Assembly (NCBI GenBank): GCA_017522445.1
Contig: JAFWZK010000045.1
Location: 1-55,392, forward strand
Origin: Alphaproteobacteria bacterium
GTDB lineage: Bacteria > Pseudomonadota > Alphaproteobacteria > Rs-D84
DNA: 55,392 nucleotides
Direction: 5' to 3'
The notes under the pieces are model-generated. The model ran no database searches. It was not told the DNA's origin and worked only from the letters and a program-made list of their open reading frames with translations. The translations under genes and the position numbers were made by a program. Shown piece after piece: positions 1-9,000 of the stretch (its first letter is position 1; every line of letters starts with the position of its first letter).

Positions 1-298
1 CTGCGGCCGAGCAAGAATCGACTCTCATAGAAGCAAGTCTTGCGACGACGAATTCCCAGACATTAGACTTTTCTGCTTTTTCGACACTAGAAGCATCGAT
101 ACCACAGGCATTAAGTGGGACTTTACAGACGTGGAACATAGTTTCCGGTCTTGTGATACACATATCAAAAGAACCGTCAGGGTCATTAGGGTCAATATTG
201 TCTTTACAGGCCTTATGGAAACAATTCGAGATATTCCCGACACAATCCTGTCTGGCTTTATCTTCAGCTATTATCTCGGCATTCTTTATCTGGGGGGG
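1..298 (-). pseudogene. Fragment of a Cys-rich secreted-family paralog. It lacks the N-terminal two fifths, and its frame runs off the left edge.
   Basis: The minus frame (codons 2-4, 5-7 ...) reads KNAEIIAEDKARQDCVGNISNCFHKACKDNIDPNDPDGSFDMCITRPETMFHVCKVPLNACGIDASSVEKAEKSNVWEFVVARLASMRVDSCSAA. This is colinear with roughly residues 355-430 of the 24436..27105 protein (SCLTNISNCIQKACKDD...AAMRVDACTQE). No signal peptide or convincing start lies between it and the stop of the upstream gene at 316. Confidence 0.45.
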
Positions 299-315
299 GC
301 GGGTGGGCGGGCGAG

Positions 316-1344
316 TTAAAGGTCGGATACGCTGGTGATTATGCGAATGCCGGAAGATTCCCATTCGGGTTGCAGTTTTTCCAAATCCATTATGTTCGTG
401 GCCGCCAAATATAATACCGGGGTCAGATTTTCTGATTCTGATATCGACTTTAACCGCTTAATCGGTGATGGACGAACCGCCCCTGATGCAAACCAGTTGT
501 CGGTGTCGGTAACCCAGAACCTGGGGTCCGAATGTGTGGTAATTACATAGGTCGGTGTTATTACCAATTCTTGGCGTGTTGTAAAATCTGTGCCAGTGGT
601 CGTTAAATGGTTTATAATTTCTGAATTGTCAACCGTTGTATCAAAATCCGGTGCAGGGATGTCAAATGCCAGCGGTGTTTCATCCGTGGTTTCCGGGGCG
701 TCAAAGTTTATTTCTGTAAATGTTGGCGTGTCGGTAAATGCCGGTATATCGTCTGGAATGTCCAGGTCAAAATCCAATGGAATTGGCAACGAGTCTGATT
801 CTGTGTCAGAAATCTCGGGCTGGGGGGCGGCTGGTGGTATTGTTGATTTTTTATCTATGGAATTAAAAATGGATGTTTGCGATGTACCAACTTTGTGGCG
901 GGCACGAATAAATGCAACACGCAATTCATCGGGCAGGTCAGGTGGTAATTCGGCCGGTGTATTTTCTGCATCAGGCCCCAGTGATGGGGTTTCTGATTTC
1001 GTGGGTGTTTCCGTGGTGACGGGGGAATCAGCGGACTGGGGCAAAGATTTCAGAAATGTTGGGATTTTTATTTGTGGAAACCGAATTGTTATCAGCGGCT
1101 TTTTCGTGCGTATAATCAAAGTGGTACTGGCAATATAAAGGGGCAATGCCGCCAACATTAAAATACCAAATACAAATCCCGCAAAGCCATGTAGTTCTGC
1201 ACGCAGCAGGTGATGCCACTGGTGCAGAGAAAATAAATCAAAGTTAAACATGAAATACAAAATTGCCCACATAACACACACATAGCAAACCGTCCAGATG
1301 ATTGCGTGCTTATAAGACTTTAATGTTTCAATTATCTGCTTCAT
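316..1344 (-). CDS. Hypothetical membrane protein with two N-terminal TM helices, a Pro/Thr/Asp-rich linker and a globular C-terminal domain
   Basis: The ORF was trimmed to ATG 1344 (MKQIIETLKSYKHAIIWTVCYVCVMWAILYF...), because the longer track ORF overlaps the divergent gene start. Hydrophobic segments and a PxxP/TETP-rich linker are seen. No family was recognised. Confidence 0.6.
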   Translation of the reverse strand: MKQIIETLKSYKHAIIWTVCYVCVMWAILYFMFNFDLFSLHQWHHLLRAELHGFAGFVFGILMLAALPLYIASTTLIIRTKKPLITIRFPQIKIPTFLKSLPQSADSPVTTETPTKSETPSLGPDAENTPAELPPDLPDELRVAFIRARHKVGTSQTSIFNSIDKKSTIPPAAPQPEISDTESDSLPIPLDFDLDIPDDIPAFTDTPTFTEINFDAPETTDETPLAFDIPAPDFDTTVDNSEIINHLTTTGTDFTTRQELVITPTYVITTHSDPRFWVTDTDNWFASGAVRPSPIKRLKSISESENLTPVLYLAATNIMDLEKLQPEWESSGIRIITSVSDL

Positions 1345-1477
1345 TGTAATTAGTATAGACAATATATACAATTTGTCAATAAAAAACGGTGAAAAAAATC
1401 TGGGAAAAGTACTTTGTTTATGTTGCGTTGTGTGATATAATATGACAAATGATGATATAGAAAGGGAGAGCTTTAAT

Positions 1478-3544
1478 ATGTTCAAAATGTCAAAAATATT
1501 CTGCTTTGGCACGGTTTCTGTTGGGGTGTGTATGATGGTTTGTGCGGCGGTTGCCGCCACGGGGCGTGCAAATTATGATAATGTGCGTGCGTCAACTGTG
1601 GGTGCAACAACGGCGGCACGTATGCCCAGTATGCCGGCCCTGTCCGTTGGAATTGTTGGAAATATTTCAACAAATGTGCCGGATAATGGTGGTGTGCCAG
1701 AACCTGTAAAGCCAAATCCAGAACCAGAGCCAGAACCAGAGCCGGAACCAGAACCGGAATGTCCAGATGGTGGGGTCAAGAACTCGTCCTATGGTGTCGA
1801 GAACTGTATGACGGATGTTTTGAACTGTGTTAATAATGGTGCGTTGCCAAATGGTCTGAACGATATGTTTAACGAAGACCTGCGAAATGCGATTGTTAAT
1901 GGTATGGGACTGTGTGCTGTTCAGGTGGACAAATGCGTGTCCGATGTCAGACGGGATTGCAAAAATGTCTATCGTTCGGCCGCCGATGTTTGGATTGACT
2001 TTAATTCCAGACGTGTGCAACCGGAATATTACAGTTTTGTTCTGCGTAAAACGGGGCTGACCCCAAATCAGGCCGAAAATACATGTCGTTTGTTGGATAA
2101 AAACACATTTGGGCCTTCGTTTGCGGCGGTGGCAAATGATGGAAAAACAACCGCAGAATATAATCAGCAGGTTGGTGCATATAATTCACAACAGGGAAAT
2201 GTTTTGGTGAAAACCAATCCCCAGGGTGTGCGGGTTAATGATGGAAACCCCGGTGTCGATGGCCAGCGTGGACACTATGCCCGCTGGGATGCGACAACGG
2301 CAACGTGTCTGATACGTGTTGCGGCATATAACAAAGATAATCAGATTACAAACAGCTGGTTGTTTGGTGCACTGGGTGATGAACGTCCCGCCGAAGTGTG
2401 GCAGGCCGCCGGTGAAACATTCAGCTGTAACAAAGATTTATTCGGATTTTCACTGATGAAGGATACCAGTACGGTTGCCGCCGTTGGTGTGGGTGGTGGT
2501 ACACTGGTTGGGGCCGGTGTTGGTGCCATCGCAGGACATGGAAAACGCGATTTTGATTGTACGCGCGACAGTCATTTGAAACAGTTGACCAAAGCTCTGA
2601 ATCAGGAGCACAAGATTGGTGTCTTGAATCAGTATCTGGATGCAGAACACAAGTTGTCAACCACAGGTGGTCAGATTACAACGGCACAGTGTGAAGGTAT
2701 TTTGAATCTGTATAACGTGTACACAGAATATGATGTCGCAGTGAAAGAATGCGAAGGTATGGAATACGATATCGAAAATGTGTCAGGCAAAATCAAGGTT
2801 ACTGTGCGCGATGGTGTGGCATTGGATGTGCCTGTGAAAAATGGCGCTGCGGACGACGAGGAAGTAAAACGTCTGTTGGCGCAAAATGGCGTTGATGACA
2901 GTAAGATTGCGGCCATCGCAGAAGAAGTGCATAATAAGGTTGCAAAACAATTGGCCGCGGTAAGCGAAGGTAAGTGCAAGTTCCAGCCGCTGAATCTGGC
3001 AAAGAAGTTGGGAACAGGTATTTATTGTTCTTCCCAGTCGGGATGTCTAGAGCCACAGGATGTTCGTCGCGATATTGATACGTTGCGCGATATATTTAAG
3101 GAAGTGTCTATCTTGAACGGTGAAAAGTCCACTATGGGCGAGAGTGTCGGTATTGGTGCCGCCATTGGTGCGGGGACGGGTGGTTTGGCGACTGCGATTA
3201 CGGCGTTTGTTGAACGTAATAATATCAACTGTCGTGTTGGTGATGGACTGGCCCAGGTTGGTTTTAACAAGGCCTATTCAATTGGCAATCTAAAGGATTT
3301 CTATGTCAAATGGAATCTGCGTTTGCCGGACGTTATTGCACCGACGGCAACGATAAATGACTGTGCGTCATGGCGGAATACATGTGCGACGTTTACAGAT
3401 TTGGAACAGTGCAAGGCCGCCCAGTTTAATTACAAACCTGCGGGTGCCACAACCACGGCTTTGGTGCATGGGGCGTGTTCTGTGTCGGGCAGTGCGTGCA
3501 TAGAAAATCATGCGGTGGCAAAATCCTTTGGCGCGTGCGAGTAA
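1478..3544 (+). CDS. Secreted Cys-rich protein with a (PE)7 tract and two glycine-zipper segments
   Basis: RBS aagggagag lies 7 nt before ATG 1478 (MFKMSKIFCFGTVSVGVCMMVCAAVAA, signal-like). It contains PEPEPEPEPEPEPE, paired Cys motifs (NCMTDVLNCVNNG, CAVQVDKCVSDVRRDC), and AAVGVGGGTLVGAGVGAIAG and GIGAAIGAGTGGLATAI. A terminator follows. Confidence 0.75.
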   Translation: MFKMSKIFCFGTVSVGVCMMVCAAVAATGRANYDNVRASTVGATTAARMPSMPALSVGIVGNISTNVPDNGGVPEPVKPNPEPEPEPEPEPEPECPDGGVKNSSYGVENCMTDVLNCVNNGALPNGLNDMFNEDLRNAIVNGMGLCAVQVDKCVSDVRRDCKNVYRSAADVWIDFNSRRVQPEYYSFVLRKTGLTPNQAENTCRLLDKNTFGPSFAAVANDGKTTAEYNQQVGAYNSQQGNVLVKTNPQGVRVNDGNPGVDGQRGHYARWDATTATCLIRVAAYNKDNQITNSWLFGALGDERPAEVWQAAGETFSCNKDLFGFSLMKDTSTVAAVGVGGGTLVGAGVGAIAGHGKRDFDCTRDSHLKQLTKALNQEHKIGVLNQYLDAEHKLSTTGGQITTAQCEGILNLYNVYTEYDVAVKECEGMEYDIENVSGKIKVTVRDGVALDVPVKNGAADDEEVKRLLAQNGVDDSKIAAIAEEVHNKVAKQLAAVSEGKCKFQPLNLAKKLGTGIYCSSQSGCLEPQDVRRDIDTLRDIFKEVSILNGEKSTMGESVGIGAAIGAGTGGLATAITAFVERNNINCRVGDGLAQVGFNKAYSIGNLKDFYVKWNLRLPDVIAPTATINDCASWRNTCATFTDLEQCKAAQFNYKPAGATTTALVHGACSVSGSACIENHAVAKSFGACE

Positions 3545-3547
3545 TTA

Positions 3548-3573
3548 AATCCCCCGTTTGGGGGATTTTTTTT
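3548..3573 (+). terminator. Rho-independent terminator
   Basis: Hairpin atccccc-gttt-gggggat followed by a T-run, directly after the stop at 3544. Confidence 0.8.
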
Positions 3574-3713
3574 GTGTGGTTTCTATTTACTGGATTGCCA
3601 CGGGATGACATGAGGGGGGTGGGGATTTTTTTGTTTTAGACCTTGCCAATTATGTGGGTGCATGATAAAATATAATGGATATTATATTCGACCCAAAAAA
3701 AAGGGAAAGGGGA

Positions 3714-6700
3714 ATGAAGCGTTTATTTTCAGTTCTGTTTGTTGTTTGTGCGGTTTGTATATTCCCAAAATTATCATTGGCGGCGGGGGATGGTGTGTCT
3801 TGTGAAAATTTTTGTATGATCTGTGGGGATGATTGCGTAGAAGCATTAGAAGAAAAGTGTGGCTGTCCTTCTGGTCAGAAACCTTCTTATTGTAAGTTGA
3901 CTAACGAACCATCGAGAGATTGTGATCAATATAATGGTTGGTCTGCTATAGGTGTTACATGTGGTGAATGTGTATCCTCTGGCGGTAATACCCCCAGCAC
4001 CTCCACTACATGTACGGTGCGGTTTTGTCCCAATGATGATATTTGTCCAAGTAATTTTATAGTGGATTTTGGCAGTAGTTCTCATAAGTCTGGTGACTCT
4101 TTAGATACCCCTTCTTATACTCAATTTAAAGAATTAGGAGGATCTATTCAGCCCAACAAGTTCCTGAAGGGGTGGTCCAGAGGTATAGGTGAAGATGCAA
4201 ATAATATCCTTGATCCAGGTACAGAAGTTACAATTTTATGTAATAATAATGAAGATGTGTATTATTATTCTTCATGGGGTGTTTGTGGTTCTGGAACATA
4301 TGCTAGCCAGGGTAGCTGTGAGTCATGTGAAAAGAAGTACAAGTGTCCCAATGGTGTGCAAGAGGAGTGCGATAATGGTTATTATCAGAATGAGGAGGGA
4401 AAGTCTACGTGTAAAGCGTGCCTTCCGGGGGAATATTCCGGGAGTAACATTAATGGCTTCTTATTTTGCTCGTCGATTCCGGGTGGGTCCTATTGTACAC
4501 ATTCTAATTCTGATGGTGGTTGTTATGCTATTACAGGCTGTACCGCTGGCTCGTATTGTACGGGTGGTAAGCAATTTCCGTGCGCTGCCGGCTCGTATTC
4601 AAAAGCCAATGCGGCATCGTGTACGCTGTGCAACCCCGGGGAGTATCAAGGTGAAACGGGGAAAACGTTGTGTGCCCTTTGTTCAGGGGGCAGCTATTCA
4701 AGTAGTTCCGGGGCGACAACGTGTACGGAGTGCACTGGTGGGGTTGCCTCCGATTGTTCACTAGAAGATTCTAGTAAAGGGTGTAAGAAATGTACACCGT
4801 GTTCCGCGGGGTATTATTGTGTTGGGGGAGCTTCTGCACCAGTTGGAACTGGCCATTATGCCACAGGGTGCGGGACAAATCACACTAGTGATTGTGTTGG
4901 TGAAGATGCGAACTGTGAGGGCTGTACGGGGGAAACGATATGTCTCGCTGGCTCGTATTGTACGGGTGGTAGGAAATTTGGTGTGTCAACTGGCTATTAT
5001 GGCATAGATTGTAATAGTGAAGGCAATGGTTGTACGTGGCAGGAGATATGTCCCGTTGGCTCGTATTGTACGGGTGGTAAGAAATTTACGTGCGTTGACG
5101 GGACGATTTCAGATAGTACCGGGGCGACAACGTGTAAGTCGTGTCCCCCGGGCTCATATTGTAAGGATGGTGTGATAAAGACGTGCGAAGCCGGGACCTA
5201 TTCAACTGGCGGGGCGGCAACGTGTACGCCGTGTCCCGAGGGCTCGTATTCAGGTTCCGGGGCGTCATCGTGTACGCTGTGCGAACCTGCGAAGTATCAA
5301 GATAAAACAAAGCAAATTTCATGTCATGATGTGCCAAAAGGCCATTATGCCACAGGGTGTAGGGAAGGTGCGCTCGATGATGATAAAAACTGTGTCGGTG
5401 CAAATTGCAGGGGATGTAAGTGGCATAGTATATGTCCAGATGCAAGTGTAGGCGAGCGTTATTATTGCAGCAGTGGACAAAAGCTTAGCTGTGCTGCGAC
5501 TAATCAGCTGACGGAGTGTGTTGACGATAACAAAGGTTGTACGGTATGTAAAGCTTGCGACGATGGGAAAATAGTTGATGGTAATGGGACTTTGTGCGAT
5601 GATTGCCCCGCGGGGTATTATTGTAAGGGTGGTGTGAAATATGCGTGCTTAGCATCTGAGGGCGAGTATCAAGCTGACGAGGGGCGAACATCCTGTGAAT
5701 TAATCCCGAATGGTTCGCGTTGCAGTGGAAAAAAACAAGATGGTGCCTGTCCCGGTACTGAGTATTGTACGGACTATAAATATACCAACAAGGATATATA
5801 TGTGGATAAATCGGAGTGTCAAACTGTGCCAGCGGGCTCTTATGCCACATATTGTAGCAGTCCTGGCACGGGCTGTAAGGGGTATGCCGAATGTCCCGCG
5901 ATAGATAATGAAGGCAAAGGGTATTATTGTATGAGTGGGAAGAGAAATGTATGCAATGCCGGAAGTTATCTGAGTGACTGTAAAAGTGGTAGCACAGGTT
6001 GTCAGGAGTGTAAGTCGTGTCCCGATGGTACAACATTTGCGGCCACCGTCGTGGTTGGAGTGGGGAACTGTGGATTACAAACATGCCTAGATTATTACAA
6101 TAAAGCAAAAGAAGGGACTGGTGTTTGGGAGGAGTGGTATGATAACTGGAGTCAGTGTTCGTCGGATGGTAGTTCGTTGGCTGGTTGTTATATGGCCCCT
6201 ACTAAGGGTATCAATGGTGCACCCGTAGATACTGGTGCAGGTACGAAACCGAAATGTTGCTCAGAAGGAGGTACGCTTGAAAAATGTTCTTATGACAATG
6301 GCATGGAGTCATGCATTGCCACATGCACTGGGTGTACGGGTGGTAATGCACAAGGCGGTGGTTGTACTGCAGATCAAATGAAACTTACTGATAAACATAC
6401 CTGTCCAGGTGTACAAGAGGTTAACAAGCCGTCAACCTGCGCTGCGACCATAGCATGTACATGTCGGTATAATGATAATCTGGACCTTTGTAACAATTAT
6501 CTGAATAACGCGACAAATGGAGATAAGGTGTGTTATAAGAATGAAGACGGGAAAGATCGTACGAATTATTGTGAAACATTTTGTTATAAGGAGTGTGATG
6601 ATAGCCCTTGTACCCAACAGTGTGGTAATATCACAGTGAAGACGGGCGTGAAAGGTTGTACAGATAAAGAAGATAAATATCCTGGGCGACAATTTAAAAA

Positions 6701-8342
6701 TAATCCAGAATGTAAGTATTATGACAATGGGGTCCCAGGCACTGCACCATATTGTTCGGTCGATATTACGTGTAAAGAAAATTACCACAAGCCGAGGACA
6801 ACTGGATGCACACCCTGTTTAGAAGGTTATCATACCAAGGATGATAATACGGAAGAAGAATGTACGCCGAATGTGTATAAAGTGACACTGAATCGAGCCG
6901 GAGGTGAAAACGGAACAACCGAATTTTTTTATGAGTATAAGACCAAAGATGATTGTTATTACTATTCTAACTATAACTCTACAAACGGGATTGTGTCCGG
7001 TTGTCTTGACGTGGTTGATGGAAAGCAAACAGTTCAGAAGCCCACGCGTAAGGGTTATACTTTTGCCGGGTATTATACCGAAGCAGATGGCAAGGGGACA
7101 CAATATGTAGATAACGCTGGAAAAATAAGCGAAGCTATTTATACAACATTATATGATAAGACACTGTATGCCAAATGGACACCGAATGTGTATAAAGTGA
7201 CACTGAATCCAACCCCAGGTTCCGGCGGAACAAGCAACTATTTTTATCAGTATGAGACCAAAGGTAAGTGTTATTACTATACAAGCGAGGATTTGTCCAC
7301 TTGTATTGAGGGGACTGGTGGAGTGCAAATAAATAAGCCCACGCGTACGGGTTATACTTTTGACGGGTATTATACCGAAGCAGATGGCAAGGGGACACAA
7401 TATGTAGATAAAGATGGAACAACAATAGGTAGTATTTATAAAACAATAGGTGATAAGACACTGTTTGCCAAATGGACACCAAATGTGTTCACGGTGAATT
7501 TTAATAGAAATGATGGTGCAACAGGTGCCGCAGCCCCAGAATCAAAAACCTGTACGTATGATCAGGCATGTACTGCCGCAACGCAGGGGACCATGCGGAA
7601 AACAAATCATGTGTTCAAGGGGTGGGATAGGGATAAGGAAAAAGATGGAGACGGCGAATTTGGAGCGGAAGGAGATATTACAAATATCATTTCCGAGGGC
7701 GAAATCACACTGTATGCGATATGGAAGGAATGTGACGCTTGTGTACAGAGCACAGGATCAAAATGTGAGCTGAAAGTTGAAGATAACGAGTGTACATATG
7801 AGAGCGGCTGTATCGATGGATATACTGTCGTTGAAAGAACCAAGGATACCAATAAACCAGAATGTACGGCGAATGAGTATTCCGCTATATACTTCTGTGG
7901 CGAGGGTGGTGGTACACCAGATCCAGAATCAGATCCTGTAAGATTTAATGATCCATATACAGTAGATATAAGTCATCGCGAATGTTCAAAACCCGGGTCT
8001 TTGTTCCTGGGGTGGGAGGGGAAAAATAACGAAGATACGATTTTTGCGCCGTATAACGTGGAAACAGAGTTTACCTGGGCGGAGGTCGGGGATATCGAGT
8101 TTACCGCAAAGTGGGATGCCTGTCCCAAGGGGTATTATTGTGGGGATGGTAGAGTGGAACAGAAAGAATGCCCCGTTGGTTCCACAACCGGCGGTGGGGC
8201 CGATGAAATAATAGATTGTTATCTGTTGGGGGGACAATCAAAAATTTGTTCCAAGATTGGCAATGAAGAACCAAAATGCTTTACTTTGCCCGCTGGTGTG
8301 AAAGTGAATTATTCAGGTGATTGGCGGCCGTCGGCAGAATAG
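3714..8342 (+). CDS. Giant (1542 aa) secreted Cys-rich repeat protein. It has ~30 ephrin-receptor-like/GCC2_GCC3-type CxxC..G.Y modules plus about 4 Listeria-Bacteroides (Flg_new) repeats.
   Basis: RBS aagggaaagggga precedes ATG 3714. The signal peptide is MKRLFSVLFVVCAVCIFPKLSLAAG. There are dozens of modules such as CTPCPEGSYSGSGASSCTLCEPAKYQ and GSYCTGGKKFTC. The C-terminal part has YKVTLN....KPTRKGYTFAGYYTEADGKGTQYVD...TLYAKW repeated with a 315-bp period. Confidence 0.85.
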   Translation: MKRLFSVLFVVCAVCIFPKLSLAAGDGVSCENFCMICGDDCVEALEEKCGCPSGQKPSYCKLTNEPSRDCDQYNGWSAIGVTCGECVSSGGNTPSTSTTCTVRFCPNDDICPSNFIVDFGSSSHKSGDSLDTPSYTQFKELGGSIQPNKFLKGWSRGIGEDANNILDPGTEVTILCNNNEDVYYYSSWGVCGSGTYASQGSCESCEKKYKCPNGVQEECDNGYYQNEEGKSTCKACLPGEYSGSNINGFLFCSSIPGGSYCTHSNSDGGCYAITGCTAGSYCTGGKQFPCAAGSYSKANAASCTLCNPGEYQGETGKTLCALCSGGSYSSSSGATTCTECTGGVASDCSLEDSSKGCKKCTPCSAGYYCVGGASAPVGTGHYATGCGTNHTSDCVGEDANCEGCTGETICLAGSYCTGGRKFGVSTGYYGIDCNSEGNGCTWQEICPVGSYCTGGKKFTCVDGTISDSTGATTCKSCPPGSYCKDGVIKTCEAGTYSTGGAATCTPCPEGSYSGSGASSCTLCEPAKYQDKTKQISCHDVPKGHYATGCREGALDDDKNCVGANCRGCKWHSICPDASVGERYYCSSGQKLSCAATNQLTECVDDNKGCTVCKACDDGKIVDGNGTLCDDCPAGYYCKGGVKYACLASEGEYQADEGRTSCELIPNGSRCSGKKQDGACPGTEYCTDYKYTNKDIYVDKSECQTVPAGSYATYCSSPGTGCKGYAECPAIDNEGKGYYCMSGKRNVCNAGSYLSDCKSGSTGCQECKSCPDGTTFAATVVVGVGNCGLQTCLDYYNKAKEGTGVWEEWYDNWSQCSSDGSSLAGCYMAPTKGINGAPVDTGAGTKPKCCSEGGTLEKCSYDNGMESCIATCTGCTGGNAQGGGCTADQMKLTDKHTCPGVQEVNKPSTCAATIACTCRYNDNLDLCNNYLNNATNGDKVCYKNEDGKDRTNYCETFCYKECDDSPCTQQCGNITVKTGVKGCTDKEDKYPGRQFKNNPECKYYDNGVPGTAPYCSVDITCKENYHKPRTTGCTPCLEGYHTKDDNTEEECTPNVYKVTLNRAGGENGTTEFFYEYKTKDDCYYYSNYNSTNGIVSGCLDVVDGKQTVQKPTRKGYTFAGYYTEADGKGTQYVDNAGKISEAIYTTLYDKTLYAKWTPNVYKVTLNPTPGSGGTSNYFYQYETKGKCYYYTSEDLSTCIEGTGGVQINKPTRTGYTFDGYYTEADGKGTQYVDKDGTTIGSIYKTIGDKTLFAKWTPNVFTVNFNRNDGATGAAAPESKTCTYDQACTAATQGTMRKTNHVFKGWDRDKEKDGDGEFGAEGDITNIISEGEITLYAIWKECDACVQSTGSKCELKVEDNECTYESGCIDGYTVVERTKDTNKPECTANEYSAIYFCGEGGGTPDPESDPVRFNDPYTVDISHRECSKPGSLFLGWEGKNNEDTIFAPYNVETEFTWAEVGDIEFTAKWDACPKGYYCGDGRVEQKECPVGSTTGGGADEIIDCYLLGGQSKICSKIGNEEPKCFTLPAGVKVNYSGDWRPSAE

Positions 8343-9000
8343 TGGATTGCCGCCGCCGGTATGACGGGGGGGGATAATAAGGCATACACCTGGGTCCCGT
8401 GGTCAAGCCACGGGATGACAATTTTTTTATGTTTGTTGTTTTCGTGTTTGGTGTCGAGGTAAGAAAAAGGCATACACCTGGGTCCCGTGGTTCACACTTC
8501 GTTAAAACTTCGTGCGACAAGGCAAGCCACGGGATGACATGGGTGGGGGAAACACAATGGATACCGGCCGTCGCCGGTATGACGGAGTGGGTGAGTGGCC
8601 TGCGTGGGTATGAGGACAGAGGGCCAAGGCAGATTAATAGACTGGATTGCCACGGCTTCGCCTCGCAATGACAAATGGTGTTTTTGTTTCCAGTGCAAGG
8701 GGTATCAGGAACACAATGGATACCGGCCGCCGCCGGTATGACGAGGTTCTGGATAAAAATTATGTTTCACAAAGTGTGTTAAGTGTTTTGTCATTCCGTG
8801 GCTTGACCACGGAACCCAGGTAATGCATCATTGTTTTATCAGATTTGAACAAAAATATTATTATGTGTATATTATGGCCAGTTCCAACCACGGGATGACA
8901 TGTTTTTATATTTGTTGTTTTCGTGTTTGGTGTTGAAGTAAGAAAAAAGGCATACACCTGGGTCCCGTGGTCCAGCCACGGGATGACATGAGAGGTGGGG
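8342..9000. repeat. Cluster of REP/RPE-like palindromic elements filling the convergent intergenic region
   Basis: Type 1 hairpins CCCGTGG-n5-CCACGGG with flanks ACACCTGGGT...GATGACA occur at about 8381-8420, 8471-8538 (a ~37-nt insert in the loop), 8789-8820 (inverted) and 8950-8989. Type 2 hairpins TACCGGCC-n-GCCGGTA occur at about 8345-8366, 8558-8582 and 8716-8742. An ~80-bp direct repeat lies at 8408-8490 and 8888-8970. A half element lies at 3591-3620. Confidence 0.85.

Noticed and set aside
4189-6108. Long alternative-frame and antisense ORFs (for example 4189..4764 plus, 5500..6108 minus, 5086..5445 minus) inside the giant gene
   Set aside because: They lie wholly within a 4.6-kb ORF with a strong repeat-domain signature. 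They are a by-product of a Cys/Gly-rich repetitive coding sequence and have no RBS or motifs.
8399-8671. 90-aa ORF (and 8281..8520, 8492..8698, 8760..8957) in the intergenic repeat cluster
   Set aside because: These are translations of the palindromic repeat elements (WIPAVAGMTEW, LDCHGFASQ). They have no RBS and overlap each other on both strands.
8342-9000. Possible CRISPR array, because short repeats recur in a gene-free region
   Set aside because: The repeats are themselves palindromic hairpins of at least two different types. They occur in both orientations with irregular spacing, so there is no constant repeat/spacer periodicity. No cas genes are in the window. The pattern fits REP/RPE-like elements.
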